Shown here piece after piece: positions 36,938-48,200 of a stretch of 64,000 nucleotides of DNA. Origin of the DNA: Macrostomum lignano (lineage: Eukaryota). Positions within the stretch are counted from its first letter, which is position 1; each line of letters opens with the position of its first letter. A model generated the notes under the pieces. The model saw only the letters and a program-made list of their open reading frames with translations. It searched no databases and had not been told where the DNA came from. Where the stretch lies: assembly GCA_002269645.1 (NCBI GenBank), contig NIVC01000032.1, positions 744,001 to 808,000 of the forward strand. Reading direction: 5' to 3'. The position numbers and the translations under genes were made by a program.

Positions 36938-39900
36938 ATGCTGACCAGTAGTGTCAGCTCCACAATTGGTGGCAGTGTAAAACCGCCTGTGTCAGCTGCA
37001 GCGGTGAATTCATCTAGCAAATCTCCGGGTCACCAGCATCTTCGCCGGCTTGGTTGTCAGTGCTCAAATCCTCCATCAGCGAATGGTTCCGGTTTGATCT
37101 GCTGTCCAGGCTGTTCAGACTGGTTCCATCGGGACTGCGTTAGTCACCTGCTTGCTAATGTTAGTAATAATAAAGTTGGAGGCGATAAAGATAGTTCGAC
37201 TGTGAATTCATTTCGATGCGAGTCGTGTCTCAGACTGCGACGGAATCCGAGTCCCGGTTAGTGTAGATTTCTAAATGTATTCTCATTTTTAGTCAATGGA
37301 CAATTTAAAATGCATGCCTACATCTGGTTTAAAAAACCATTGGGAGTTTCATTGGATTCATCAGATAATGTCACTCACCAAAGGAAGACTAAGAGAGGAC
37401 TTTATTACCCACTAGAAAAGTAAGTGTGAGGGTTCTATTACCCACCATAGGAGGACTAAGAGAGGGTTCTATCACCCACCATAGAAGGACTAAGAGAGGG
37501 TTCTATCACCCACCATAGAAGGACTAAGAGAGGGTTCTATCACCCACCATAGAAGGACTAAGAGAGAGGGTTCTATCACCCACCATAGAAGGACTAAGAG
37601 AGGGTTCTATCACCCACCATAGAAGGACTAAGAGAGGGTTCTATCACCCACCATAGAAGGACTAAGAGAGGGTTCTATCACCCACCATAGAAGGACTAAG
37701 AGAGAGGGTTCTATCACCCACCTTAGGAGGACTAAAAGAGGGTTCTATCACCCACCATAGAAGGACTAAAAGAATGTTCTATTACCCACAATAGAAGGAC
37801 TAAGAGAGGGTTCTATTACCCACCATAGGAGGACTAAGAGAGAGGGTTCTTTCATCCACCATAGAAGGACTAAGAGAGGGTTCTATCACCCACCATAGAA
37901 GGACTAAGAGAGAAGGTTCTATCACCCACCTTAGGAGGACTAAAAGAGGGTTCTATCACCCACCATTGAAGGACTAAGAGAGAAGGTTCTATCACCCACC
38001 TTAGGAGGACTAAAAGAGGGTTCTATCACCCACCATAGAAGGACTAAGAGAGGGTTCTATCACCCACCATAGAAGGACTAAGAGAGGGTTCTATCACCCA
38101 CCATAGAAGGACTAAGAGAGGGTTCTATCACCCACCATAGAAGGACTAAGAGAGAGGGTTCTATCACCCACCTTAGGAGGACTAAAAGAGGGTTCTATCA
38201 CCCACCATAGAAGGACTAAAAGAATGTTCTATTACCCACAATAGAAGGACTAAGAGAGGGTTCTATTACCCACCATAGGAGGACTAAGAGAGAGGGTTCT
38301 TTCATCCACCATAGAAGGACTAAGAGAGGGTTCTATCACCCACCATAGAAGGACTAAGAGAGAAGGTTCTATCACCCACCTTAGGAGGACTAAAAGAGGG
38401 TTCTATCACCCACCATTGAAGGACTAAGAGAGAAGGTTCTATCACCCACCTTAGGAGGACTAAAAGAGGGTTCTATCACCCACCATAGAAGGACTAAAAG
38501 AAGGTTCTATTACCCACAATAGAAGGACTAAGAGAGGGTTCTATCACCCACCATAGGACGACTAAGACAGGGTTCTATCACCTACCATGGGAGGACTAAG
38601 GTAGAGGGTTCAATCATCCACCAAAGTAACTGATACATGTATAATGTATTAAGTTGATAAATTCGCAGGCACTCCCGAGCACGGCTACGCTTATGATGAT
38701 CAACATCAACAGCCTCAGAATCTGCAACTCCATCTGCAGCAAGCAGTGCCTCATCATAATCAGCAGCAGCAATCTCAATTGCTGTCGCCACAAAAATTGT
38801 CATCGCCAACAAAACAGTCTCACGGCGCGGCGTCTTTCTATGAAACCTCAAGCGCAACCTACGGAGGCGGCGCCGGCCGTGGCGGCAGGAATTCCAGCGG
38901 CTCGAAGAAGATCAGCTTCTTGCCTAGATCTGATTCTTCTAGTAGCGGCCAGCAGCAATTAAGCAAACCGTCTACTAGTAAGGCGGCTGTTAGCGATGGT
39001 TAGTGATCGAATGGATTTATATGTTCTTGTCCATGGTATGTCTTGGTGTGTCCTTGGTATCTGTCTTAGTGTGTCCTTGGTATCCGTCTTTGTGTGTCCT
39101 TGGTATCTGTCTTAGTGTGTCCATGGTATCTGTCTTATTGTGTCCTTTGTATCTGTCTTAGTGTGTCCATGGTATCTGTCTTATTGTGTCCTTTGTATCT
39201 GTCTTACTGTGTCCTTGGTATCTGTCTTATTGTGTCCTTTGTATCTGTCTTACTGTGTCCTTTGTATCTGTCTTAGTGTGTCCTTTTTATCTGTCTTATT
39301 GTGTCCTTTGTATCTGTCTTATTGTGTCCTTGGTATCTGTCTTATTGTGTCCTTTGTATCTGTCTTAGTGTGTCCTTTTTATCTGTCTTATTGTGTCCTT
39401 TGTATCTGTCTTAGTGTGTCCATGGTATCTGTCTTATTGTGTCCTTTGTATCTGTCTTACTGTGTCCTTGGTATCTGTCTTATTGTGTCCTTTGTATCTG
39501 TCTTACTGTGTCCTTTGTATCTGTCTTAGTGTGTCCTTTTTATCTGTCTTATTGTGTCCTTTGTATCTGTCTTATTGTGTCCTTGGTATCTGTCTTATTG
39601 TGTCCTTTGTATCTGTCTTAGTGTGTCCTTTTTATCTGTCTTATTGTGTCCTTGGTATCTGTCTTAGTGTGTCCATGGTATCTGTCTTATTGTGTCCTTG
39701 GTATCTGTCTTAGTGTGTCCATGGTATCTGTCTTATTGTGTCCTTGGTATCTGTCCTAGTGTGTCTTTTATTTGTTTATAGATTATGCTTCTGTTGATGC
39801 CTACTTGACACTTCTAGTTTGTTGGTTTTCTTCTAAATTTCCCCCACCTGCATATTTCACTTATTCACCTATTCAAAAACTTATTGCAACCAAATAACCT

Positions 39901-42900
39901 GTCTGACTAAACTCAGGTGGTAAAGGCGCCGGTTCCTCTGGCCGTCATGCACAGGACGCCCCCGCGGGCTCCGCTAAGTCCAATACTGATGCGGCCTCGC
40001 CTCCGCAGATTGACGTGCTGGCTGAGATCTTTAGCGACACGACGCCTCGACATTCAGAGCACAAGTGGCCGGATATGAACTGCCGCATTTGCCAGACTGG
40101 ATCGCCTGAGCCTGAGGTTTGAGTCTCCACTGGCTCTGTAGTGTGTGCCGGCTGTTCTCCCAGATATTCAGTTGCTGGGCCAGCCTCCCGGATCCTCAGT
40201 TGCTGGGCCAGCCTCCCGGATCCCCAGTTGCTGGGCCAGCCTCCCGGATCCCCAGTTACTGGGCCAGCCTTCCAGATTCTCAGTTGCTGGGCCAGCCTCC
40301 CAGATTCTCAGTTGCTGAGCCAGCTTCCAGATCCTCAGTTGCTGAGCCAGCCTCCCAGATCCTCAGTTGCAGTGCCAGCCTCCCAGATCCTCAGTTGCTG
40401 AGCCAGCCTCCCAGATCCTCAGTTGCTGGGCCAGCCTCTCAGATTCTCAGTTGCTGGGCCAGCCTCCCAGATCCTCAGTTGCTGGGCCAGCCTCCCAGAT
40501 CCCCAGCCCCTATCAGCGCAATGCCGCCATACATGTACACTTCTGCCGCAGTACTTCAAAGCCAAGCCTCTCCAACCAATCGCAGAAGCTCCTCAGACAG
40601 CCGTTGCGTCGCAGCGGCTTGCAATACGACGACGATCGCGCAGTCGCATCGGTGCCCCAGCCTCCGCCAGCTTCATCAGACGGCATACCATATCATTCAT
40701 ACTACACAACCGCAGCCGTCGTAGACGAATCTTCAGCGGATGGCAACACCGAGAACTCGTCAGTCGGTCAAGCGACACCTGTCGTCGAACAACAGCCTGA
40801 CGACGCCGATCCCATGGATCTTGTCGACGACGAAGATGACGAGAAGGAAGCTGGGAAGAATATTAATGCCGATAGCCGGGAGGCTCTGGCTAGGCAGCAG
40901 CTTAGCAAGCGAATTGCTGGGGTGGCTCAGCAGCAGCAGCAGCAGCCACCGCGTCGACACGTTTGGTCCGGCATAGCCGACAGTCAGGCGGGAGAATTCC
41001 GACTTCGAGCCTATCCGGTCAGCGGCGCCGACTGCACGAATCCTCGGCGAATTGTCGGCCATTTTCCTGCGGAGCGGCGGCTTATGCTGAAAGGCCGTTT
41101 GGCTAGGAGTACCTGTTTTGATTATCTTAAACAGATGCAAAGAGTTGGTACTAGAGATATATTGGTGCTTAGCTGCGTGCCAGATGGACAGGTGAGTCTG
41201 TAAAATGTCACTTTTCTGGGTTATTGATAAATATTGTTTGTAAAGTTATGACCGTTATAATGACCGTTTATGCGATTGTATTTTATCATAAAAATGGCCG
41301 GTTTAATGTTTAGGTCATAACTACATGTAATGACCGGATTGATGATTGTTGGGTCATAACTATGACCGGTTTGATGACTTAAGCTTGATGATTGGATCGT
41401 AACTAATGAGCTATTTAATGATTGGGTCATAATAACCGGTTTGATGATTGGTTCATAACTAGCGATTGGTTTGATAATTGGTACATAAGTTATATATAGT
41501 TACCGGTTTGATGATTGGGTCATAACTAATGACCATTTTGATGATTGGGTCATAACTAATGACCAGTTTGATGATTGGGTCATAACTAATGACCAGTTTG
41601 ATGATTGGGTCATATCCAATGATTGGTTTAATGATTGGGTCATAACTAATGACGGGTTTAATGATTGAGTCACAAACAAGGACAGGTTTTATAATTAGAA
41701 TATAACTAATGACCAGTTTGATAATTGGGTCATAAATAATGACCAGTTTGATAATTGGGTCATAGTTCATATTAACTAATGACTGGGTTGATAATAGGGT
41801 ATTTTACAGTAAGAATTAATTCAACAAAAATGCTCCCATTAACGCAGCCGCACAAGCAGTCCTACCTTGGCCTTCACCAAGCTCTAGTCGTGAAAGACAT
41901 TGTTGCCGTGTGCGTGAACAAGCCGCCTCACGTGAAGGATTTTTATCTGTACGCCCTGCCTGCCAAAGCTCCCGTACCCTCCGTGCTTCTGCCTTTCAAA
42001 GGCCCAGGTAGGTTGCGTTGCGTTTCGTTTAATTTTTCTGGGTTTCTTAGAATCCAACTTTTTCAAATGTATGGATTTGGATCCCAATTGTAGATCTCAT
42101 TATCGCCACATGCAAGCTCCCAATCGGAAGTCCACAGACCAAAAATCCCCATTCTCAATCCCAGAATCCCCATCCCCAGTCCAAGAATCCCCATCATCAG
42201 TCCTACAGAATCCCTATCCTCAGTCCTAGGCCTAGAATCCCATCCTCAGTCCCAGAATCCCCATCCTCAGTCCTATAGAATCCCCATCCCGTCCAAGAAT
42301 CCCCATCCTCAGTCCTATAGAATCCCCATCCTCAGTCCCAGAATCCCCATCCTCAGTCCTATAGAATCCCCATCCTCAGTCCCAGAATCCCCATCATCAG
42401 TCCTATAGAATCCCCATCCTCAGTCCTAGGCCTAGAATCCCATCCTCAGTCCCAGAATCCCCATCCTCAGTCCCAGAATCCCCATCCTCAGTCCCAGAAT
42501 CCCCATCCCCAGTCCAATAATCCAGAACCGTGAGTAACGGTGAGAAAATTCCAAATACAATTTAATTACTCGCAGGCTTAAGCGAAGATCGGCCTCACCT
42601 GCTGCTGGCAATCATAGTGAAATCTCGGGGCGAACAACATCAGCAGCCTCATCAGCATCATCACCAACAATCCGCGGTGTCCTACGAAACGTCGAAAAAT
42701 CCGTCGCCTCCTCTATCTCCGTCGGAAGTGCCCAGTCCGGCGCCCAGTAGCGGCGGGGAGCCAGACTATTACGACTCGGTGGTCGGTGGTATTCAACAGC
42801 AGCAGCCGCCGCCTCCGCCGCCGCCGCCGCCGCCTCCACCGTCTCAGCCAGCGGCGCCTTCTTTAGCTACGCCGGCTGACGGTAGCGACACTCCGCCGCC

Positions 42901-43483
42901 TCCGCCACCACCGCCGCCTCCGCCACCGCCTCCGCCTCCGCCGCCGCCTCCGCCGCCGTCGCAGCAGCAACAGCAGCAGCAGCAGCATCAGCCGCCTATG
43001 CCGCTGCCAGTAGACGACGTCCCTGTGGCAGCTTATTCAACCTCAGTGCCAGCTGATTATCTTGTCGACGCATCGCCAACAGCAACTCTGCCAAGCTATT
43101 GGTCGATGGAGCCTCAGCAACAGCAGCAGCAGGCGCTGGATGTCTATAGTACTAGCTGGCCAAGTGTTGAAGGCTATTCACCGCCTCCTCCGCCACCGCC
43201 ACCTCAGCATCCTCAGCCTCATTATCATCATCAACCGCCTATGATGCCCTATGGACAGCCTAATAATAGTCAGTTTCCGTTTATGCAGCACCAGCATCAT
43301 CAGCATCCGCCGAATTTCCCACCGCATTTTGCGCCAGTACGTCGTGGTGGCGGTGGCGGGCCACCAGAGCGAGGCTTTCATCGAGGACGAGGTGGCGGCC
43401 GCGGCTTCTGGCACCATCGAGGTCGAGGCGGAGGCGGAGGCGGAAACTATCACAGAGGCGGCGGTCATTTCGCGCCCTATTGA
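36938..43483 (+). CDS. DIDO1: PHD-finger plus SPOC-domain protein of the DIDO1/PHF3/PPS family, about 863 aa
   Basis: Exons 36938-37256, 38669-38998, 39917-40116, 40517-41191, 41848-42007, 42576-43483 (phases 1,1,0,0,1; 864 codons). PHD CQC..LICCPGCSDWFHRDC..CESC; family motif DTTPRHSEHKWPDMNCRIC (compare DTTSQHRAHLFDLNCKIC); SPOC VWSG..AYPVSG..KGRL..DYLKQM, HVKDFYLYALPAKAPVPSVLLPFKGPGL..RPHLLLAIIV. Orthology to DIDO1 versus PHF3 is not resolvable. Confidence 0.88.
37395..38590 (+). repeat. About 34-bp minisatellite (AGAAGGACTAAGAGAGGGTTCTATCACCCACCAT)n with a ~450-bp higher-order repeat, DIDO intron 1
   Basis: The variant block at 37721 recurs at 38171. Confidence 0.95.
39040..39765 (+). 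repeat. 23-bp minisatellite (TGTCCTTGGTATCTGTCTTATTG)n with a 253-bp higher-order repeat, DIDO intron 2
   Basis: ORFs at 39140 and 39393 start with identical sequence. Confidence 0.95.
40155..40505 (+). repeat. 28-bp minisatellite (CAGCCTCCCAGATCCTCAGTTGCTGGGC)n, DIDO intron 3; same family as 14905-16135
   Basis: Shared core CCCAGATCCTCAGTTGCTGGGCCA. Confidence 0.93.
41240..41800 (+). repeat. Degenerate 30-bp minisatellite (GATGATTGGGTCATAACTAATGACCAGTTT)n, DIDO intron 4
   Basis: Direct inspection. Confidence 0.9.
42150..42515 (+). repeat. 21-bp minisatellite (CAGAATCCCCATCCTCAGTCC)n, DIDO intron 5
   Basis: Direct inspection. Confidence 0.92.
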
Positions 43484-45123
43484 AGCAGTTGACTTAAACT
43501 AAACTGTTAATTGTGATCTTTTCATAGTGACGCTTGGCAGCAAGGATTTAAATAATTGCGCTTGATTACATATTTGTTCGGATATCTGCTAGATAATATC
43601 TTGATAGACTAAATATAACAAAAAACGCTAGTTTAGCTACTTACTGTAAGTAGAATAACATGGTTTTTTAGTTTCTTTTAATTGAAGGCTAATGCAAAAT
43701 TGTAAAGATTGCTTTGTATACTACAATGATAACGAGTTGAACTCTTGGTTTGCAATAATTGCTTTATTTTGTTTTCTATGTAGTACTACAGTAACTTGTG
43801 ATTGCTCGATTCTTGTGTCACATGTTCTGCAGAATTTCATGAGCAAGAATTGCATGCATCTGTAAATATTTTATGTCGCTAAAACAATACTTAGAAATTC
43901 TGTCGTTTTTTACTGCGTGTTACTTTTTAGGAGTAAATAAACTGATCACCGTTTAAGTTCGAGTTCTGACTTATTTATAGTTTTCTAAACATAATCAATA
44001 ATAGATTAAAAACTACACTGCCCGTTTTGTAAATTGAATTGTTATTCTTAGTATAACCTATTTTAGTTGTTTAATTCTTTACTCTCACCTCATTCAAAAT
44101 TCATAATTTTTTCGAGTGAACTGAGCTAAATTTATTTGTTTATCCACTCCGTTTTATTAGCCGATCTATTTGTCGCTTTTCCTTTACCGCATGCATTATT
44201 ATTTCCTTCAAAAGCTTTAGGATGTAGAAATCGCTAGTGATTTTCTACCCCTTGATTCGCATTGTTAATCCTGTATTTTACTTATTGTTTTTTTTCTGGG
44301 AATATACGACTCACCAAGTTGTATTATTAAAAATCTATTTATTTATCCGTTGTGTCGTGATAATTAAAATTAATCTCGTGCTTCAAAACTTAAATTGGCG
44401 CCAAGATATTATTCTTTGTTGACGTCATTATCGAAAGAAAATTCAAACAAGGTTTATTAGGATTTCAGTTCCCGTCGAGTCGTCGTACTTTTGTCTTAAA
44501 TTCAAATTTTTGCAGTTCGTTAAAACCAAATTAGTTTTGGCGCCAATTCAAAATATTCGCTTAAATATTTGTTTGATAAGTTAGTTGTGTGAAAAGAATT
44601 AAATCTTCATATAAACAAATAACAAAATTGTCTAAATACCTTAATAGTACATTTAATTAAAATTTTATCTAGAGTAAAGTACTTTAAATTTCGCTGAGCA
44701 TTCTGGATTTTATTACTTACTAAATTTGGTTAACTTGCTGCACTCATCCCTTGTAATTAATAACCTTAATTAGTAAATCACAAATTGTCGACTATGATAT
44801 CCTAAATAATTGAGTCAAATACATTTCGCTTCATTCAATGACTTTAACGCCTTTAATTACTGATGAGCCATTGGACTGAATTAAACCATCTGAGTCGTTT
44901 TTTGTCTGAATTTATTTTTACCCAATTATTGTTCCTTCTGTACAAAGCTTACTACGATACATATCGGCTATTTACAATAGCTGGTATTTTTGACATTAAA
45001 TAATTATAAAAATTGAAGACAAAAAAAAATTCGATGCCTACGTACTGCAAAAACAGATAAGGGGTAACTCGATTAAAACTAATTAACAATTGATACAATA
45101 GTTTTCAGGCTGGTAAAAAGTTT

Positions 45124-45195
45124 CTCCCCGACCGGGAATCGAACCCGGGCCTTCCACGTGACAGGCGGAGATACTGACCACTATACTATCGAGGA
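45124..45195 (-). tRNA. trnD-GTC: tRNA-Asp(GTC), 72 nt, intact cloverleaf
   Basis: TCCTCGATAGTATAGTGGTCAGTATCTCCGCCTGTCACGTGGAAGGCCCGGGTTCGATTCCCGGTCGGGGAG. All stems pair, the anticodon is GTC, A and B boxes are present, and a T5 Pol III terminator lies 4 nt downstream (45115-45119). Confidence 0.96.
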
Positions 45196-45232
45196 GTTAC
45201 TTAACGGAAAAGATGTTTTGGTATATAAAGAT

Positions 45233-48200
45233 TCAACCAAACTGCAGGCGCTCTATGTAGAAAAACGTCTGATTTGGCAAGACGGAGATTTTTCGAAATT
45301 TGTCGATGCAGACAAATGTCAGCTTGTCGTTCTTTTTAAGCCGCCTAACGCCGTACAGAATGCATTTAGTGAAGGCGCCAGCCAGATGGCTCTGCTCGCA
45401 GTGGATCCAATTGTTGTTGTTTAATTGAATGGAAGTCTCCACTGGCATATCTGTGATGTCGTCGCGGAATGTAACCTGAGAAAAATTGATGATTCGAAAT
45501 GATTTCAATTAGCCTTAGTCCAAGATAAAAGCAGCTTATCAAATGAAATCAATTAATGCGAAGAAGGTGTGTGATGTTCTACCTGAGGCGTGTTATGGAC
45601 TCCCTGAGGTGTGATATGGACTCCCTGAGGCGTGTTATGGACTCTGAGGTGTGTTATGGGCCCTCTGAGGTGTGTAATGAGCCATCTGAAGTGTGTTATG
45701 GACTCCCTGAAGTGTGTTACTGTTATGGACTCCATGGGGTGTGTTATGGGCCCTCTGAGGTGTGTTATGAGGAGCTGTCTGAAGTGTGTTATGGGCTGCC
45801 TGAAGGTGTGTTATGAGCCTCTGAGGTTGTGTTATGAACTCCCTGAGGTGGGCTTTATTTTGGGGCAACCCAAGCTGTGTCAATTAATATGGTAATTCTG
45901 TCGAAACTTGAAAAAATTCATTTCTAATTAACAGCTCAGCAAAAACCAACTCACCTGTGCAAATACTCGATACACTCCCAGATGATTAATAATTAGTTTC
46001 GCCATCTGGCCATCGTGATGAAGCTGTGCAAATTCTTTAGACCTGTTGCGCATCGAGTAGCCTCTTGCTGAAGGCTTGATGCTGTCTTCTGTTAGGGGTC
46101 CGAAACTGTGGCCTGAATTGGGAAGGTGAACAGTGATTCATTCGGTTTTTTAGCAAGGTGATGGGGCTGATTTTAGGTGCAGTTGTTGATCGAAAGGGTA
46201 GTGTAGTGGATGGATCTGGGTAGTTTATTGCAACACAAAGCATGGGTTGAGTAGTTTAGAGGATTAATTTGGCTGTTTAGTGGATGGTTTATGTTGCTTA
46301 GTCAGTAGATGAGGTTATGATGTGGATTAGGCAGTTTAACAGAATTGTCATCTTTGCTCCCGGCAACTCTCACCCGTGGTGACGTAATCCGTTCCTTGCA
46401 GACAACCATTGTCGAGTCTTCTTTTGCCCATCGTTGAATGACACACGTCCATTAGCTTGGTTTGAAACACAAGTCGCATCCATGCCTGAAGAAATTGTAT
46501 GAAATAATAGAAAATTCGTCATCAACTACTACATGTATTGAGAAAAATAAAAGTAGTGGAGCCATGATCAATTTAGAATTATTTCGCGTAGTTCAGATGG
46601 AGAACTACATTCACTATCGATACCACTTATTATTCGAATTCCACGTAAAATCGCACATCGAAAATGTAGATAACTGTAATTTGCATGTAAATGTACACCA
46701 CTAAAACGTCACATCATCAAGATGCTACACCATCGAAATGACACACAATCAAAACATCATACCATCAAAAAACGTCACAAAATCGCAGCATCACATCATC
46801 AAGACGTCGCACCATCGAGACGTCACGTCATCGAGACGTCACACCATCGAGACGTCAAATCATCTAGACGTCACTCCATCAAAACGTCACACCATCGAGA
46901 CCTCAAATCATCGAGGCGTCACACCATCGAGACGTCACACCATCGAGACGTCACATCATCGAGACGTCACACTATCGAGATGTCACATCATCGAGACGTC
47001 ACACCATAGAAACCTCACACCATCCAAACGTCACACCATCGAGACATCACACAATCGAGACGTCACACCATCGAGACGTCACACCATCGAGACATCACAC
47101 AATCGAGACGTCACACCATCGAGACGCCACGCCATCAAGACGTCACACCATAGAAACCTCACACAATCACGTCACATTATCAAACCGTTTCATTATCGAT
47201 AAGTAACATCAGCTTTCGAAATAATTCCATAGAATTTCATACCCGGTCGCTTTCCAGTTTAACAGAGGCCAAGTGCTCCTGCCGAGCAAGACGCAGAGCG
47301 ACACAGGCGACACTAAAAGCTGCAACTAGCGCTGTTTGAGCGAACAGCCAGAGTCTCGGATCGTTCAGTCGACATTTAGAAATTGTTCTTGTATTTTTTG
47401 AGTTCGTCGTTGCTGCTTCTTTTGTTGATCGATTTCGTTTTTCTTTTTTTCGATTTTTAACTTTGGAATGAGTTGTTGTTGTTGCCGAAGTTTGCACTGT
47501 TGGTTTTTCAGTTGACTGCAACTGCTGGTCTATTGCATCATCAACTCGTTCGCTGTGGATACAGGTGTACAGACTACTGCTGACGCTGTTCCGATTGTCA
47601 AGGTGCTGCGGTTGCTGTTGAGACTGGTTTATCGACTGCTCGTGCTGCTGTGGCCGAGGCGGGAGCTTCGGAGGGCAGGCTATTCTGCAGTTCGCGATCG
47701 CAAGAGGCAGGATTACGCGGAGATAGGACGGAATGTACTTTTAATTTTAATTGTTTTCTCTGTCAGGCTGGGTAGCTTTTGGGATGGGAAGCTGTCAGGG
47801 TGGTTACTACTTTGACAGCGGCAAACCATCCTGACAACTACCCATCCTGACAACTACCCATCCTGACAACTACCCATCCTGACAACTACCCATCCTGACA
47901 ACTACCCATCCTGACAACTACCCATCCTGACAACTACCCATCCTGACAACTACCCATCCTGACAACTACCCATCCTGACAACTACCCATCCTGACAACTA
48001 CCCATCCTGACAACTACCCATCCTGACAACTACCCATCCTGACAACTACCCATCCTGACAACTACCCATCCTGACAACTACCCATCCTGACAACTACCCA
48101 TCCTGACAACTACCCATCCTGACAACTACCCATCCTGACAACTACCCATCCTGACAACTACCCATCCTGACAACTACCCATCCTGACAACTACCCATCCT

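Noticed and set aside
45158-45424. 88-aa plus-strand ORF
   Set aside because: It is the antisense shadow of TNF exon 5 and the tRNA.
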